From positions 9,486-73,485 of the forward strand of contig CALDIB010000032.1 of assembly GCA_937902125.1 (NCBI GenBank): a stretch of DNA of 64,000 nucleotides, read 5' to 3'. The translations under genes were made by a program, and so were the position numbers. Below the pieces are notes generated by a model that was not told where the DNA came from, searched no databases, and was given only the letters and a program-made list of their open reading frames with translations. Every line of letters begins with the position of its first letter. The first letter of the stretch is position 1. Shown here in pieces: positions 45,942-54,644 of the stretch. The stretch comes from an uncultured Treponema sp. GTDB lineage: Bacteria; Spirochaetota; Spirochaetia; Treponematales; Treponemataceae.

Positions 45942-47262
45942 AGACTCTGGCAAAGCAAAAGGCCAAAACGATTCCTGTTATAAGCCAAGAGGCCGGATAG
46001 GTAATCAAAAGCCAAAGGGTTGAATGAAAGCGGGGCGTTTGAAAGGCCGTGAAAATCCAAGCAAGGCGGCTTCCGCAAGCGCCCAAAAGAACTACAATCG
46101 ACGGCTCCGTTGAATGTCCCAAGCCCCGCATGTCCGCCGCCAAGGACGACATTATTCCGCACAAAATGTAGGGGCCGCACAAAATTCTAAGACGAATGAC
46201 TCCTTCCGCGACAGAATCTTGGTTTGAAACGAACAGTTCCAAAAGCGGCCGCGCGAACAAAACTGTAAGTCCGCCCAAAAAGGCGCCTGTGGCGCAAATC
46301 AAGCCAAGCCCTTGCAAGGCGCTTTGCTTGACCCGCTTAAAGTTTCCCGCGCCGTAGTTTTGGCTTACAAAGGCAAGGGCCGCTTGTTCCACGGAAATCA
46401 TGGCCGTCCAAGTAAAGTTTTCCAAGTTGCTGGCCGCGGCGTTTCCCGCCATGACCACGGCGCCAAAAGAGTTTATGGCGGTTTGTATCACAAGGTTTGA
46501 TATTGTGAACAAAAGGTTTTGGATTACATTTGGAACTCCAATGCGCAAGATTGCCGCGGCCACCGGAATGTCAAGGCGTATTTTTTTCACTTCAAGACGG
46601 AACTCGCTTTCTTCTCGAACAAGGCAGCGGATGATTAAAAAGGCCGCCAAATACTGGGTAAGGGTTGTTGCAAGGCCCACGCCGGCCACGTCCATTCTTA
46701 TCGCGAGTACAAAAATTAAATTTAGAATGACGTTCACGACTCCCGCGGCGAGCAAAAAATAAAGGGGCCGCTTTGTGTCTCCCTTGGCGCGGAGGATTCC
46801 CGCTGAAAAATTGTAAACCGCTATCGCGGGAACGCTGGGAATCAAGCAGCGGGTGTATTTTAACGAAAGGTCAAAAACCTCTTGGGGAATCTGCATGGCG
46901 TTTAAAATTTGCGGCATGAAAATCCATGCAAAGACAGAAAGGGCCGCGCCAAGGACAAGGGCCAGCGCGGTTGACACATGCAGGACGTCCGACACGGCGG
47001 ACTTTTTTCCGGCCCCGATGAATTTTCCGGCAACGACGGTGGCACCTCCCCCAAGGCTCATAAAAATGTGGCCGAACAAGCCCCACAAAACAGCAACGGC
47101 TCCCACCGCCGCAAGAGAATTGTTTGAGGCGAAGCGGCCGATAACCACTATGTCCGCCGCGTTAAAAAGAATTTGAAGAGCGCCCGACAGCGCCAAGGGC
47201 AAAGAAAAGCGAACGAGCCCCTTGAATATGGACCCGTTCAGCATGTCAATCGAGTTGCTCAT
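45895..47262 (-). CDS. MATE-family efflux transporter (paralog 2)
   Basis: 455 aa, 12 TM. LNGSIFKGLVRFSLPLALSGALQILFNAADIVVIG is a typical MATE N-terminus. 47-nt convergent overlap with deoD. Confidence 0.85.
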   Translation of the reverse strand: MSNSIDMLNGSIFKGLVRFSLPLALSGALQILFNAADIVVIGRFASNNSLAAVGAVAVLWGLFGHIFMSLGGGATVVAGKFIGAGKKSAVSDVLHVSTALALVLGAALSVFAWIFMPQILNAMQIPQEVFDLSLKYTRCLIPSVPAIAVYNFSAGILRAKGDTKRPLYFLLAAGVVNVILNLIFVLAIRMDVAGVGLATTLTQYLAAFLIIRCLVREESEFRLEVKKIRLDIPVAAAILRIGVPNVIQNLLFTISNLVIQTAINSFGAVVMAGNAAASNLENFTWTAMISVEQAALAFVSQNYGAGNFKRVKQSALQGLGLICATGAFLGGLTVLFARPLLELFVSNQDSVAEGVIRLRILCGPYILCGIMSSLAADMRGLGHSTEPSIVVLLGACGSRLAWIFTAFQTPRFHSTLWLLITYPASWLITGIVLAFCFARVFRQEKARFEPWAKEF

Positions 47263-47276
47263 TTTTTAGGTTTTGC

Positions 47277-47828
47277 TTAAGCCAATTCCTTTCCGTCAGA
47301 GAAGGCGTTTCCGACTTTTTTTCCAAGCTCGTAGTAGCCGTGTTTTACGCAGTCAAATGTTATCGGATGGAATTTTTCAAGGTCAACCTTTCCGCCCGCG
47401 TCCAATATTTTTTCGTCGGCCACAACATTGACGATTTCAAACAAGTATTTTTCGTCGTCCACCACTTTTAGCAAACGGCATTCCAAGGTCAGCGGAAGCT
47501 GGTCAAAGAGCGGCGCGTTGACGTTCTTGCTTTTTGTCACAGTCCAGCCGGCCTTCTTTATTTTGTCGGCCTCTTTGTTGCCTGAAACGATTCCCACATA
47601 GTCGCAGGCCTTGACCGTTTCCACAGTTCCAAAGGCGATTGTGGCTTCTTTTGTGAGCGCCAAATTTTCGGTAGTCTTGTGCTTGGACATGCAAACCCAA
47701 ACTTGGTTGTCGTCGGCGATTCCGCCCCAGGCCGCGTTCATCGCGTCGGCCTTTCCGTCCTTGTCGTAAGTTCCCAAAATCAAAACCGGCATCGGGAACA
47801 TCATTGTCTGCGCTCCTAAATCCTTCAT
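47277..47828 (-). CDS. flavin reductase-like (flavoredoxin) protein
   Basis: MKDLGAQTMMFPMPVLILGTYDKDGKADAMNAAWGG (FMN-binding split barrel). SD GGAGG lies 5 nt upstream of ATG 47828. Confidence 0.75.
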   Translation of the reverse strand: MKDLGAQTMMFPMPVLILGTYDKDGKADAMNAAWGGIADDNQVWVCMSKHKTTENLALTKEATIAFGTVETVKACDYVGIVSGNKEADKIKKAGWTVTKSKNVNAPLFDQLPLTLECRLLKVVDDEKYLFEIVNVVADEKILDAGGKVDLEKFHPITFDCVKHGYYELGKKVGNAFSDGKELA

Positions 47829-48044
47829 AAAAACCTCCATTTGTATTACTCAAGCCCTCCGGCTGTTTTTGCGAGCGAGCGAAAATGTTGCCGAAATCCG
47901 CTTGAAAAAACACGAGCGGCTTGCCGCTGTTCGCGCGGCCTCAATACGGCTCCAATTAGTTGCGAGCCTCGTTATGCGAGCAACGTAATTGGAAAATCCG
48001 CTCGAAACAACAATTATAGTCTTGCCATTGTCGGCGCGAGCGGC

Positions 48045-49022
48045 TTATTCCTGAGCTATAACTTCGTCAAAGAACTTTGAATAGTCAGTCCGCTTGTCCT
48101 TGGTAAAGGCCATGGCCGCGCGGGGATGCTGGTTCAAGTAGCCGGTGATTAAGTAGGGAACGTCGTAGCCCCAAACAACTCCGTCCTTTTTAAGTTGAAG
48201 CATTTCTTCTTGAATGAATTTCAGCGTGGCGTAAAATTTGTATTTTGGATTTTTCAAAAAGGCCAGCAAGTTTTCCATAAAGCAGTTTCCCGCGCCCCGG
48301 CCCATTCCGTTGTAGGTGGCGTCAAGCCAGTCAACGCCGTCGCCGCAAGCTTCGATTGTGTTGGCAAAGGCAAGCTGCTGGTTGTTGTGCGCGTGGATTC
48401 CCAATTGCTTTTGGTATTTGTCGGCGTATTCCTTGTAAAGCGCGCAAATGCGCTGCATTTGTTCCGGGAAGATTGAGCCGTAGCTGTCAACGATGTAAAT
48501 GCAGTCAACCGGCGACCGGCCAATCATGTCCAGCGCCACTTTTATGTCGCTTTCCTGGGCGGTGGAAATGGCCATGATGTTGCAGCTGACTTCGTAGCCC
48601 TTCTTTTTTGCGTCTTCGATAATTTCTATGGCTCCGGGAATTTGGTGAACATAGCAAGCCACGCGAATCAAGTCAACGGCGCTTTCAGACTTTGGAAGAA
48701 TGTCTTCCTTAAAATCGCAGCGGCCAACATCGGCCATGACAGCAAGCTTTATTTTCTTTTCCGAATTGTCGCCGATGACATTGAAAATGTCTTTGTCATC
48801 GCAGAATTTCCATTTGCCAAATTTTGACTCGTCGAAAAGTTTTTTTGAAGCCTTGTAGCCAACTTCCATATAGTCAACGCCGGCCGCGATGTTTGTCTTG
48901 TAAAGTTCCTTTACAAAGTCATCGCTAAATTTAAAGTCGTTTACAATTCCGCCATCGCGCAGGGTCGCGTCAACCACGCGAATTGATTCCCGCACGCCCA
49001 TCAATGCTGATAATTCTTTCAT
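48045..49022 (-). CDS. HMGL-like aldolase / pyruvate carboxyltransferase-domain protein
   Basis: IRVVDATLRDGG motif and a TIM-barrel DRE-TIM pattern. Start chosen by TAGAAT-7 nt-ATG(49022). Confidence 0.7.
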   Translation of the reverse strand: MKELSALMGVRESIRVVDATLRDGGIVNDFKFSDDFVKELYKTNIAAGVDYMEVGYKASKKLFDESKFGKWKFCDDKDIFNVIGDNSEKKIKLAVMADVGRCDFKEDILPKSESAVDLIRVACYVHQIPGAIEIIEDAKKKGYEVSCNIMAISTAQESDIKVALDMIGRSPVDCIYIVDSYGSIFPEQMQRICALYKEYADKYQKQLGIHAHNNQQLAFANTIEACGDGVDWLDATYNGMGRGAGNCFMENLLAFLKNPKYKFYATLKFIQEEMLQLKKDGVVWGYDVPYLITGYLNQHPRAAMAFTKDKRTDYSKFFDEVIAQE

Positions 49023-49029
49023 GCCAATG

Positions 49030-49058
49030 ATTCTATCAAAAGAAACATTTTTGCGCAA
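49030..49058 (-). promoter_or_regulatory. sigma70-like promoter, leaderless geometry (aldolase-like gene)
   Basis: Minus strand reads TTGCGC(49058-49053)-17 nt-TAGAAT(49035-49030)-7 nt-ATG(49022). Confidence 0.55.
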
Positions 49059-49115
49059 GCGGGGATTTTCCGCGTTCTTTGGACATTGCGGCCTTGCCGC
49101 GCCTGGCTGTTTTGC

Positions 49116-49781
49116 CTATTGGCAAAGATGGCCCATGTCGTTCAAAAGTTCCACGCAGGGAACGGAGGGCAGGCCCGGCTTTTGCTCAAAGCGCAAAATT
49201 GTGATTCCCGTGTGGCCAAAGTGAAAAAGAGAGCAGGCGAGAGTAAAGGGAATGTTTAAAACATGGGCTATGGCGGCGGATGAGGAGCCGCCGTGACTAA
49301 AAAGCGCCACGGTCTTGTCCTGCTTTTTTTCGCCGATGGCCCGGTAAGAATTTTTTAGACGCTCAAGTCCCAAGTCAAAAAGCCATTCGTCTGTTTTGTC
49401 TTGAATGTTTTGGACAATGGCCGTTACAAGGTTGTTTTTAAAATAAGCGCCGTCCTTCCAATTTTTGTCGTTCAGTGGAATGTCAAGGCGGGCCATTTCG
49501 TTGGCGCAAAACCAAGGATGGCCGTCTTCAAAAAGGGGCGTTCCGTCTTTGCTTCCCCAGTCAAGTTCCCGCATAAAGTCCAAGGTCTTGATTTTTAGGC
49601 CGGACAGTTCCGAAAAGGCGGCGGCGGTTTCTTGGGCGCGGCCCATGGGCGAAGAATAAATTTCTTCTATTCCTTCGCGGCAAAGGCGCTTTGCGGCGGC
49701 TTTGGCTTGCAAAATTCCTTTTGGCGTAAGGCAGTCTTTTTCGTAGTTTGAATCGCCGTGGCGGACAAAAACAATTCGCAT
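49116..49781 (-). CDS. histidine phosphatase family protein (second copy)
   Basis: MRIVFVRHGDSNYEKDCLTPKG (RHG motif). SD GAGGA upstream of ATG 49781. The longer ORF-track start overlaps the permease gene. Confidence 0.75.
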   Translation of the reverse strand: MRIVFVRHGDSNYEKDCLTPKGILQAKAAAKRLCREGIEEIYSSPMGRAQETAAAFSELSGLKIKTLDFMRELDWGSKDGTPLFEDGHPWFCANEMARLDIPLNDKNWKDGAYFKNNLVTAIVQNIQDKTDEWLFDLGLERLKNSYRAIGEKKQDKTVALFSHGGSSSAAIAHVLNIPFTLACSLFHFGHTGITILRFEQKPGLPSVPCVELLNDMGHLCQ

Positions 49782-49789
49782 TTTTTTCC

Positions 49790-50647
49790 TCAATTTTTTA
49801 CAAGGCGTTTTCTTGCCCAGCCGATTCCGCAAAACAAAAGAAAGGCGGCCAAATCCGCGGCCACAATCGCGCTTCCCACAGGCGTTCCCGCCACGATGGA
49901 AACCAGCAAGCCCAAAAGGGAGCAAACCACGCTTAAAACGGCGGAACAAAGGGTCACGGATAAATAGCTTTTAAAAATCCGCATGGCGCTCAAGGCCGGA
50001 AAAATTATCAGGGCGCTGATTAAAAGGGAGCCCGCCAAATTCATGGCCAAAACGATTATCACGGCGATGACCACGGCCACCAAAAAATTGCAGGCTCGGG
50101 CGTTGGTTCCGGCGGCGCTGGCAAAATCTTGGTCAAAAGTGACCGCGAAAATTTTATTGTAAAAAAACACAAAGATTGCCAAAACCGCCACTGAAAGCGC
50201 GGCGCACAAATAAACTTCGCCTTTGGTCAGCGTCAAAATGGAGGCGCTTCCAAAAAGGGTGGAGCAAACGTCGCCGCTTAAATTTGACGAGGCGGAAAAA
50301 ACGTTCATCAAAAGGTAGCCCAAGGCCAAGGCGCTGACGCTTATCATCGCTATGGAAGCGTCGCCCTTTATTTTTGCGTTGTTGCCCGCGGCCAAAATCA
50401 AAATGGCGGCGGCGACGGTCAAGGGCAAGACCAAAAGCATGGTGTTGTTCACTTTTAAAACTGTGGCGATGGAAAGCGCTCCAAAGGCCACATGGGAAAG
50501 TCCGTCGCCAATAAAAGAAAAGCGCTTTAGAACAAGGGTCACTCCCAAAAGCGAGGAGCAAAGGGAAATCAAAACGCCAACAATCAAGGCGTAGCGAACA
50601 AAGGGAAAAGAAAAATACATTGAAAATTGTTCAAGCAAGCCTGTCAT
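49790..50647 (-). CDS. metal ABC transporter permease (ZnuB/TroC/MntB family)
   Basis: 285 aa, 8-9 TM. Pattern typical of cluster-9 metal ABC permeases. 4-nt overlap with the ATPase gene. Confidence 0.8.
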   Translation of the reverse strand: MTGLLEQFSMYFSFPFVRYALIVGVLISLCSSLLGVTLVLKRFSFIGDGLSHVAFGALSIATVLKVNNTMLLVLPLTVAAAILILAAGNNAKIKGDASIAMISVSALALGYLLMNVFSASSNLSGDVCSTLFGSASILTLTKGEVYLCAALSVAVLAIFVFFYNKIFAVTFDQDFASAAGTNARACNFLVAVVIAVIIVLAMNLAGSLLISALIIFPALSAMRIFKSYLSVTLCSAVLSVVCSLLGLLVSIVAGTPVGSAIVAADLAAFLLFCGIGWARKRLVKN

Positions 50648-51333
50648 AGTCCGCCCTCCATATTTTGCCGCGCAAGATATTCCTCTTTGCTTCCAAAAAA
50701 TATTTTGTCGCCAATGTGAAGAATGCGGTTGGCGTCATTGAGCGCCACTTTAACGTCGTGGGAAATCATCACGACCGCGATTCCGTCGTTTTTGTTCAAG
50801 TCTTGGACAAGGCGGTACATTTCATCCGCGGCCGCCGGATCAAGGCCAGTTATGGGCTCGTCAAGCAAAAGCATTTTTTGGCTGGCGCAAAGGGCGCGGG
50901 CAAGAAGGACTCGCTGCTGTTGGCCTCCCGAAAGTTCCTTGAAACTTTTTTTTGCCAAATGCAAAATGCCAAGGCGCTTCATGTTCTTAAAAGCCAATTG
51001 TCTTTCAGCCTTGTTGTAAAAGGGCCTCAAGCCCGCCAAGCCTTGCAAGCCCGAAACAACAATTTCATAAACGCTGGCCGGAAAATCCCGCTGGCTTTGG
51101 TTTTGCTGGGGAAGGTAGCCAATTTGATTTTTTTTAAGGCCGTCGCCAAAAATTATCTGTCCGTCCAGCGCCTTTTGCAAGCCCAGCATTGTCCGCATAA
51201 GCGTAGTCTTTCCGCTGCCGTTTTCGCCCACAATGCAAAGGTAGTCGCCGGCATTGACAAAAAAGTTAAGGTCTTGAACGAGAATGTTTTTATTGTAGCC
51301 CAAACAAAGCTTTTTGCATTCCAAAAGAGGCAT
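50644..51333 (-). CDS. metal ABC transporter ATP-binding protein (ZnuC/TroB family)
   Basis: GENGSGKTT Walker A, LSGGQQQRVLLARAL signature, LLLDEP Walker B. Start at ATG 51333 (MPLLECKKL) by leaderless geometry; the ORF-track ATG 51342 overlaps the -10 box. Confidence 0.85.
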   Translation of the reverse strand: MPLLECKKLCLGYNKNILVQDLNFFVNAGDYLCIVGENGSGKTTLMRTMLGLQKALDGQIIFGDGLKKNQIGYLPQQNQSQRDFPASVYEIVVSGLQGLAGLRPFYNKAERQLAFKNMKRLGILHLAKKSFKELSGGQQQRVLLARALCASQKMLLLDEPITGLDPAAADEMYRLVQDLNKNDGIAVVMISHDVKVALNDANRILHIGDKIFFGSKEEYLARQNMEGGL

Positions 51334-51340
51334 GGCGGCC

Positions 51341-51369
51341 ATTATGGAAAAAAATCAGCCTTTTGTCAA
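51341..51369 (-). promoter_or_regulatory. sigma70-like promoter, leaderless geometry (metal ABC operon)
   Basis: Minus strand reads TTGACA(51369-51364)-17 nt-CATAAT(51346-51341)-7 nt-ATG(51333). Confidence 0.55.
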
Positions 51370-51370
51370 T

Positions 51371-51387
51371 ATGAAAATGGTTTTCAT
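51371..51387. promoter_or_regulatory. 7-3-7 palindrome, candidate metalloregulator operator
   Basis: ATGAAAA-TGG-TTTTCAT sits 1 nt upstream of the -35 of the metal ABC promoter. Confidence 0.4.
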
Positions 51388-51465
51388 GTTCAAAATGGAG
51401 GGCGGCGTGAAAAATCCTTCAAGCTTGCAATTGAAAACGGATTTTCTTTTTGCTAGAATAAGCCG

Positions 51466-52161
51466 ATGAAAAAGTTTTTGGCCGCGATTTTTTTATTCTC
51501 AATTTGCGCCCTTTTTTTTGCGGCCGACGTGAAATTCATTTATTTCGACGACGACTTTTTTATTGAAGACATCAACGGCAAAAAAAAGGAGTCGGATAAA
51601 AAGCTAAAAACCGACTTCATTCCTTGGCTTAGACAGCAATTTTACGATTCCAGCGAAAAGGAAACTGTGGCAAAGCAGATGCTTGCCGTTGACTGGGGAA
51701 TGCTGGTCAAAGGATTCAGGCACGGAGGAATCGGTTTGGGAATGAGTTTTGAAAAGCAAATCATTCCCCACCTTTCGGCCAGCGCCTATTTTGGGCAAGC
51801 CGTTGTGTTTGAAAACTCCAACGGCTGGGGCTGCTACACATTTTCTCCTGCGGGCTTTGTTTCCTACTATCCCATAAGCCGGCAGTTGCGAAAGTTTTAC
51901 CTTGCCGCCGGTTTTTGCTGGGACTTGGTTTTGTATTTTGGAGAGCGGCCGCCTGAGGGTGCGCGAGCCTCTTCATTTTCTATTTACCCGCAAGCGGGCT
52001 ACAAGTTTTCCCTGCCTTGGAGATTCCTGCTGGACATTTTTGCGGGCTATAAATTTGCCTTCAACTCAAACGGAGTTTTTTACGGAAATTCCGCCGACAT
52101 TTTGGGCTTTGGATTCCAGTGGGGAATCAGTTTCAAGCATTACATGAAACAGCGAAACTAG
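51466..52161 (+). CDS. secreted hypothetical protein, possibly a small beta-barrel
   Basis: Signal peptide MKKFLAAIFLFSICALFFA. The rest is aromatic- and Gly-rich with an alternating pattern. No named motif. Confidence 0.6.
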   Translation: MKKFLAAIFLFSICALFFAADVKFIYFDDDFFIEDINGKKKESDKKLKTDFIPWLRQQFYDSSEKETVAKQMLAVDWGMLVKGFRHGGIGLGMSFEKQIIPHLSASAYFGQAVVFENSNGWGCYTFSPAGFVSYYPISRQLRKFYLAAGFCWDLVLYFGERPPEGARASSFSIYPQAGYKFSLPWRFLLDIFAGYKFAFNSNGVFYGNSADILGFGFQWGISFKHYMKQRN

Positions 52162-52898
52162 CTGTGAAAAGCTTCAAGGGGAATGAAGGCGGCCGCCACA
52201 GCCAAAATCAGCGCGGGCAAAAAGTTCGCCACCTTGATTCTAAACTTTGAGTCGGCGATTAAGTTCACTCCGACGCAAAAAATCAAAATGGAGCCCACAA
52301 GGGAAAGATTGTCCAAAGCCGCGTCGGTAAGTATGGGCGAAACGCAGCGGGAAAGCAGGGTGACGCTTCCTTGCAGGACAAAAACTGGAATGGCCGAAAA
52401 AAGGCAGCCCTTTCCTTTTGCCGCGCTCATCGCAAAAATAATCACAAAGTCCAAAATTGATTTTGTTATGAGAACCGAATGGTCGCCGTGAATGCCGTCC
52501 ATTATGGCGCCAACAATGGCCATGGCTCCCACGCAAACTGTAAGCGAGGCCGTCACAAAGCCGTCCACAAAGGCGCCGTCGTTTTGGATTCCGCTTTTGT
52601 TTTTAAGCCATTCGCCAAAGCGCTCAAGGCGGCCCTCTATGTCCAAAAGCTCGCCAAAAAATCCTCCCAGCGCCAATGAAAAAATTATCATGTATGTTCC
52701 GTGAGCCAAAAGGCGGCCGCCGTCAACAGAAATCGCTTTTGACACAATTCCCAAAAGGCTCATGGCGGCGACGCTCAAGCCCATGGCGACGGAAATAGTT
52801 TTTTGAATTTTTTCGTTCAAGAGTTTTCCGGCGCAAAGGCCAACTAAGCCAGCGGCCAAAATCGCGGCGGCGTTTATTATCGTTCCAAGTCCAAACAC
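52158..52898 (-). CDS. DUF554-family membrane protein
   Basis: GTG start. MFGLGTIINAAAILAAGLVGLCAGKLL is a typical DUF554 (YdfK-like) N-terminus. TTGACA-18-TATAAT promoter and AGGGG SD lie upstream. Confidence 0.7.
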   Translation of the reverse strand: MFGLGTIINAAAILAAGLVGLCAGKLLNEKIQKTISVAMGLSVAAMSLLGIVSKAISVDGGRLLAHGTYMIIFSLALGGFFGELLDIEGRLERFGEWLKNKSGIQNDGAFVDGFVTASLTVCVGAMAIVGAIMDGIHGDHSVLITKSILDFVIIFAMSAAKGKGCLFSAIPVFVLQGSVTLLSRCVSPILTDAALDNLSLVGSILIFCVGVNLIADSKFRIKVANFLPALILAVAAAFIPLEAFHS

Positions 52899-52986
52899 AA
52901 GAGGCCCCTTTTTGTTTTTTGCGATTATAGCGCGATTGCCTTGTTTGTGTCAAAGTTGTATAATCGGCGGCAACTGAGGTTGAGCA

Positions 52987-53496
52987 ATGAAAAAAAATAT
53001 TTTGACGCTTTCTCTTTTTGCCTTGCTTTTGTCCGCCGCCTGCGCAAAAGGCTCTGGCTTTAAGGTTGTGGATTTTAAAAGCCAAAATTTGGACGGGCAA
53101 GCTGTGGACAAGAAAATTTTTTCCAAGGCGGAGATTACCGTCCTGAACGTGTGGGGAACTTTTTGTCCGCCTTGCGTCGGCGAAATGCCGGAGTTGGGAA
53201 AGTGGGCCAAGGAGATGCCTGAAGGCGCCCGGCTTTTGGGACTTTTAGTCGATGTTCCTGCTGGAGACAAGGCCGGAATTAAGCGCGCCAAGAAAATACT
53301 TTTGGACGCGGACGCGGACTTTGAGAACATTTTGGCTGACCAAAGCCTTGAGCCTTTCTTGGCGAACATTCAGTTTGTGCCCACAACTTTTTTGATTGAC
53401 AAGAACGGAAACATTGTTGGAGAACCTATTGTGGGCGCCCGCGTTGACCAATACAAAAAGGCCGTCAAAAAATACTTAAATGAAAAGAATAAATAA
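52987..53496 (+). CDS. TlpA/redoxin-family thiol-disulfide oxidoreductase, probable lipoprotein
   Basis: VLNVWGTFCPPCVGEMPEL (CXXC). Signal/lipobox-like MKKNILTLSLFALLLSAAC. Confidence 0.8.
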   Translation: MKKNILTLSLFALLLSAACAKGSGFKVVDFKSQNLDGQAVDKKIFSKAEITVLNVWGTFCPPCVGEMPELGKWAKEMPEGARLLGLLVDVPAGDKAGIKRAKKILLDADADFENILADQSLEPFLANIQFVPTTFLIDKNGNIVGEPIVGARVDQYKKAVKKYLNEKNK

Positions 53497-53629
53497 AATC
53501 GCCGCCGCAAGATTTTTTTTCGTCGCCCTTTCCGCAGCCCTTTTGCTTTTGGGCATTTTTCGCGGAGAGGCCGGAATTGTTTTTCAAAAGGCGGCCCGCG
53601 TCTGCATGGAATGCGTGGGGTTGGGATGA
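53480..53629 (+). CDS. 49-aa membrane peptide with C-terminal CXXC (CD1871A-like family, from recollection)
   Basis: Own translation: MKRINKIAAARFFFVALSAALLLLGIFRGEAGIVFQKAARVCMECVGLG. It overlaps the tlpA-like stop and forms an ATGA overlap with the next gene. Too short for the ORF track. Confidence 0.55.
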   Translation: MKRINKIAAARFFFVALSAALLLLGIFRGEAGIVFQKAARVCMECVGLG

Positions 53630-54471
53630 CAAAAAAAATTTCCAATCCGTTAAAGCGAAAGATAATTCAGATTTGCGCATTTGGATTTTGCAATCCCTTT
53701 ATGAAAAATTTTTTTAGCGGCCGACTTTATTCCGGCAAGTGGAAACATTTTTGCGCGCCGGGCCTCAACTGTTATTCCTGTCCGGCCGCCGCTTTCAGTT
53801 GTCCTATAGGCGCCTTGCAGGCGGTTCAAGGCTCCATGGAATTTAACGCAAGTTTTTATGTGGCGGGGCTTTTGGCGGCCTTCGGCGTTTTTCTTGGCCG
53901 CGCCGTTTGCGGTTTTTTGTGCCCCTTTGGACTTGTTCAAGAACTTTTGCATAAAATTCCTTCTCCAAAAATAAAGGCCCCGAGAATCCTTCGCTTTGCA
54001 AAATACGCGCTTTTGGCGCTCTTTGTCTTGATTCTTCCCGCGGCCGACACAAATTACGCCGGTCTTGGAACCCCGGCCTTTTGTAAGTGGATATGCCCCG
54101 CAGGAACCCTAGAGGCCGGACTTCCCCTGGCGGCGGCCAACCAAGGAGTCCGGGCGTCGCTAGGCGCCTTGTTCGCGCTAAAGTTTTTTGTTTTGGCCCT
54201 TGTTTTGGTTGCCAGCGTTTTTTGCGCGCGATTTTTTTGCAAGGCGCTTTGTCCCTTGGGCGCGGTTTACGGCTTTTTCAATCCGTTTTCTTTTTACAGG
54301 CTGAATTTTCAAAAAAGCAAATGCGTGTCCTGCAAAAAATGCGCCGCAGTTTGTCCCATGGACATTGACCCCGCAAAAAGCCAAAATTCATTTGAATGCG
54401 TCCGTTGCAACAAGTGCGCCGACGCTTGCCCAACAGGCGCGATTCTGTTAGGATTTTTAAAGGGAGATTGA
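53626..54471 (+). CDS. membrane-bound 4Fe-4S binding protein (NapH/MauN-like)
   Basis: CYSCPAAAFSCP and CKWICP motifs, TM helices, and two ferredoxin motifs: CVSCKKCAAVCP and CVRCNKCADACP. Confidence 0.8.
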   Translation: MTKKISNPLKRKIIQICAFGFCNPFMKNFFSGRLYSGKWKHFCAPGLNCYSCPAAAFSCPIGALQAVQGSMEFNASFYVAGLLAAFGVFLGRAVCGFLCPFGLVQELLHKIPSPKIKAPRILRFAKYALLALFVLILPAADTNYAGLGTPAFCKWICPAGTLEAGLPLAAANQGVRASLGALFALKFFVLALVLVASVFCARFFCKALCPLGAVYGFFNPFSFYRLNFQKSKCVSCKKCAAVCPMDIDPAKSQNSFECVRCNKCADACPTGAILLGFLKGD

Positions 54472-54515
54472 GAAAAAAAGCGGCCTAAAATATCGTCCGC
54501 TTTTTATCTTGACAA

Positions 54516-54530
54516 GTTTGCGTCGCAAAC
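54516..54530. promoter_or_regulatory. perfect 7-1-7 palindrome in a promoter spacer (candidate operator)
   Basis: GTTTGCG-T-CGCAAAC lies immediately after TTGACA (54509-54514). The loop is too short to be an RNA hairpin. Confidence 0.4.
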
Positions 54531-54644
54531 TTGCTTATCAACTGTCGCTTCTCATGCCTGTCTGTGACAGGCTCATTGCGAAGCGACGCAAAAAAATCAA
54601 TCGGTTGTTGAAACAACCTTCTTGGTTTTTTTATGGGGGAAAAT

